25,334 bases of DNA from a virus (Duplodnaviria > Caudoviricetes). The stretch's first letter is position 1; every line of letters begins with the position of its first letter. The notes under the pieces are model-generated. The model saw only the letters and a program-made list of their open reading frames with translations. It ran no database searches and was not told the DNA's origin. Location of the stretch: positions 1 through 25,334 of IMG/VR virus record IMGVR_UViG_3300020044_007794. The stretch is one strand, 5' to 3'. A program made the translations under genes and the position numbers. This document shows positions 23,008 to 25,334 of this stretch, in pieces.

Positions 23008-24345
23008 ATGGCAACACTTGATGATATTTCGCTAGTCCAAATCGGGCTAAACACGGCGGCGGTAGCCCGCGCTGACTTTGGGACTGCACTTATCGCGGGG
23101 CCACTTATGAGCTTCACTGAGCGCGTGCGGTCGTACTCTACTTATGACACAGCGGTGGCTGATAACTTGCCCCCTGATATTTTGGCGGCTGTGCGTGATG
23201 GCTTTTCACAAACACCGCACCCGCGATTCATCAAAGTCGGTCGGCGCGCTGTGGCCACGGCAAATATTGTTATCAACGCGGTCAATAACACCGTTTACAC
23301 AATCACAGTCAGTGGCACTTCGCCCGAGGTGTACACGTTCACGTCTGACGCTACAGCGACGGCGGCTGAGATTGCTACGGGCTTGGCCTTAGCGATTACC
23401 AACGACACCAACGAAACCATCACAGCCACGGTTGTGGGCAATGAGTTGCGCCTCGCATGGATTAGTCAGAGCAACCTGCAAGCGGTCAAGCTGGGGAGTA
23501 ACCTAACGTGGGGCGCTATCGTTGCGGTTGACAGCGTGGCGGTTGATATGACTGCTATCAAATTTGCCGATAACGAGTGGTATGGCCTAATCTCTAGCGA
23601 CCGTACAAAGCAGGTGCAACTCGATTTTGCCGCGTGGACTGAAACTCAGGAAAAGATTTTTGGCATTGCATCAAGCGAGGCTGCTATCCTGACGCAGGGC
23701 GATACGACTGACGTTATCAGCGTGTTGCGTGCAACTCAGTATTTTAGAACCTTTGCAGCTTATTCAGCCTTTGCAGCTTTGCAATACGGCGAAAGCGCAT
23801 GGATGAACCGGATGTTTACCATTGCGCCCGGCGGTGAAACTTGGGCATTGAAGCGCTTGGCAGGCGTATCGCCTGACAATTTAACCGCTACAGAGCGGCT
23901 CACAGTCCATAGCAAGGGCGGTAACACATTCGAGTTCTATCAACCGACTATCGCACTTACTAGCCCCGGCAAAACAGCGGCGGGTGAGTGGATTGATGTT
24001 ATCCGTGGCCGTGACTGGTTAAAGAATCTGATTCAAACCAATATGGTTCAGATGATGATTAACCGCGACAAAGTGCCATACACCGACGCGGGCATTCAGC
24101 TCTGTGCGACTAACCTGCGTAAGTCATTGCAGCAGGCCGTTAACGCGGGCGTTATCGCACCGGATGAAATTGACCCTGAGACTGGCAACACAGTGCCCGG
24201 CTTTGTAATATTTGCGCCTGCTAGCCAGTCTATTGACCCGCTGGTAAAGGCATCACGTGTGCTGACCCTGACATTCCAAGCCCGACTTGCTGGCGCTATC
24301 CACGTGGTCAATATCACTGGCTCACTTGGCTACGAACTTAACTAA
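23008..24345 (+). CDS. tail sheath protein, DUF3383 family
   Basis: FG..LI, FSQ.P.P..IKVGR, PG.ETWA.K.L.GV, GEWID.IRG.DWL, KVPYTD.GI, F.ARLAGAIH.V.I.G. Confidence 0.95.
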   Translation: MATLDDISLVQIGLNTAAVARADFGTALIAGPLMSFTERVRSYSTYDTAVADNLPPDILAAVRDGFSQTPHPRFIKVGRRAVATANIVINAVNNTVYTITVSGTSPEVYTFTSDATATAAEIATGLALAITNDTNETITATVVGNELRLAWISQSNLQAVKLGSNLTWGAIVAVDSVAVDMTAIKFADNEWYGLISSDRTKQVQLDFAAWTETQEKIFGIASSEAAILTQGDTTDVISVLRATQYFRTFAAYSAFAALQYGESAWMNRMFTIAPGGETWALKRLAGVSPDNLTATERLTVHSKGGNTFEFYQPTIALTSPGKTAAGEWIDVIRGRDWLKNLIQTNMVQMMINRDKVPYTDAGIQLCATNLRKSLQQAVNAGVIAPDEIDPETGNTVPGFVIFAPASQSIDPLVKASRVLTLTFQARLAGAIHVVNITGSLGYELN

Positions 24346-24356
24346 GGACATAAAAA

Positions 24357-24791
24357 ATGGCTGATGTATCAACATACGACCCAACAAAAATGACCGTCAT
24401 TGTGGGCGGCGTTATCGTGACCGGGTTCACCGACGGTGACTTTATTACTGCAAAGCGTGACGAAGACCTATACAGTAAAAAGGTAGGAGCTAGCGGCCAT
24501 GTGGCACGTACACGCAGCGGAAATAAGTCAGGCTCGATTGAAATTACGCTGATGCAGAGCAGCCCGGCGGTAAACGAGTTGGCCGCATTGGTGGCATTGG
24601 ATAACTTCTTGTTTGATGGTGACGTGCTTATCCCTATCTCGATTTTATCGCCCGGCGATAACGCCGAGCTAGTAGTCTCAACGCAGAGCTGGCTAAAATC
24701 AGCGCCCGAAATGACCTACGGCAAGGAAGTCGGTGAGCGCAAGTTTGTATTCGATTGCGCTGACCTTAAATTGTCATTGGGCGGCATCTAA
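24357..24791 (+). CDS. tail tube protein, DUF3277 family
   Basis: TYDP......GG..VTGF.DG.FI, VGA.G, G.I.ITL.QSSP. Confidence 0.92.
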   Translation: MADVSTYDPTKMTVIVGGVIVTGFTDGDFITAKRDEDLYSKKVGASGHVARTRSGNKSGSIEITLMQSSPAVNELAALVALDNFLFDGDVLIPISILSPGDNAELVVSTQSWLKSAPEMTYGKEVGERKFVFDCADLKLSLGGI

Positions 24792-25243
24792 TGAGCATCA
24801 TCATTGGGGCTGATGAGTACACCGCGCTAAAAATGAATGCGGTGGACGCTAACACTATCCTTTTACGCCTTAACAAAATCATCCTGCCTGTTATTGGTGG
24901 GCTGACGAAAGGCCAAAAGGCTGGCAACATCCTTGATGCTGACTTATCAGAGGTCGCAGGCGTTATTGCCGAAAATCTGAACGAAGAAGTGATGAATAAC
25001 ATCGTCATGCCGATGTTCAAAAGCTCACGCGTTTATTCGGTTGAAAAGAAGCTCTTTATTGATAAAGAGGCCGCCATCAATATCGTGTTTACAGTCGATA
25101 ACCTATTCGACCTATACACGCTTATTTGGGAGGTTCTAAAGCTGAATTTTGAAGTTTTTTTTCAAAAAGCGACGGCGAACTTTGGGAGCCTAACCGCCGC
25201 TCAAGTGGACAAAAGCCTCCCGGCAAAGTCCGTGAAGACCTAG
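24791..25243 (+). CDS. tail assembly chaperone
   Basis: Follows the tube gene; ends L..EVLK.NF..FF at a slippery T8 run. Confidence 0.85.
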   Translation: MSIIIGADEYTALKMNAVDANTILLRLNKIILPVIGGLTKGQKAGNILDADLSEVAGVIAENLNEEVMNNIVMPMFKSSRVYSVEKKLFIDKEAAINIVFTVDNLFDLYTLIWEVLKLNFEVFFQKATANFGSLTAAQVDKSLPAKSVKT

Positions 25244-25334
25244 AATCTGAGTTGTGGATATGGCGGCCCATATTGGCTGGCAAAACCACGTTAACCGAGG
25301 TCAAGTCTGGTATTTGCTCGGTCGATGATTTATT
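25156..25334 (+). CDS. -1 frameshift extension of the tail chaperone (gpT-like), runs off the window
   Basis: The -1 frame is open from T TTT TTT: ...PPGKVREDLESELWIWRPILAGKTTLTEVKSGICSVDDL. Confidence 0.75.

Noticed and set aside
1-25334. tRNA, rRNA, integrase and lysis genes
   Set aside because: None were recognised by eye; tRNAscan or HMM searches would be needed to exclude them formally.

Overview
About 25 kb of a tailed dsDNA phage or prophage genome. It has a lambdoid-style early and middle region joined to a contractile-tail (myovirus) morphogenesis module. From left to right: a leftward early operon ending in an ERF recombinase (cut by the window edge); a divergent control region with no recognisable CI/Cro; a rightward operon of small ORFs, a DUF1376/YdaU-type replication initiator with internal repeats and its partner, and nin-type genes (truncated and full NinG, NinB, DUF3560); a Rha/Ant antirepressor behind a long structured leader; then TerS, TerL, portal, gpF-like head protein, DUF2213 protease/scaffold, decoration protein, DUF2184 major capsid, neck genes, DUF3383 sheath, DUF3277 tube and a tail chaperone with a likely -1 frameshift. 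The most striking unexplained structure is non-coding. (i) A ~90-bp operator/promoter/stem-loop cassette occurs four times in front of unrelated small genes. (ii) A palindromic TAGGG-N5-CCCTA-like operator occurs at about 8 early and late sites. (iii) There are several candidate structured RNAs. (iv) Many inserted genes are bracketed by partial duplications of their neighbours. Family names come from motif recognition by eye, not from database searches.
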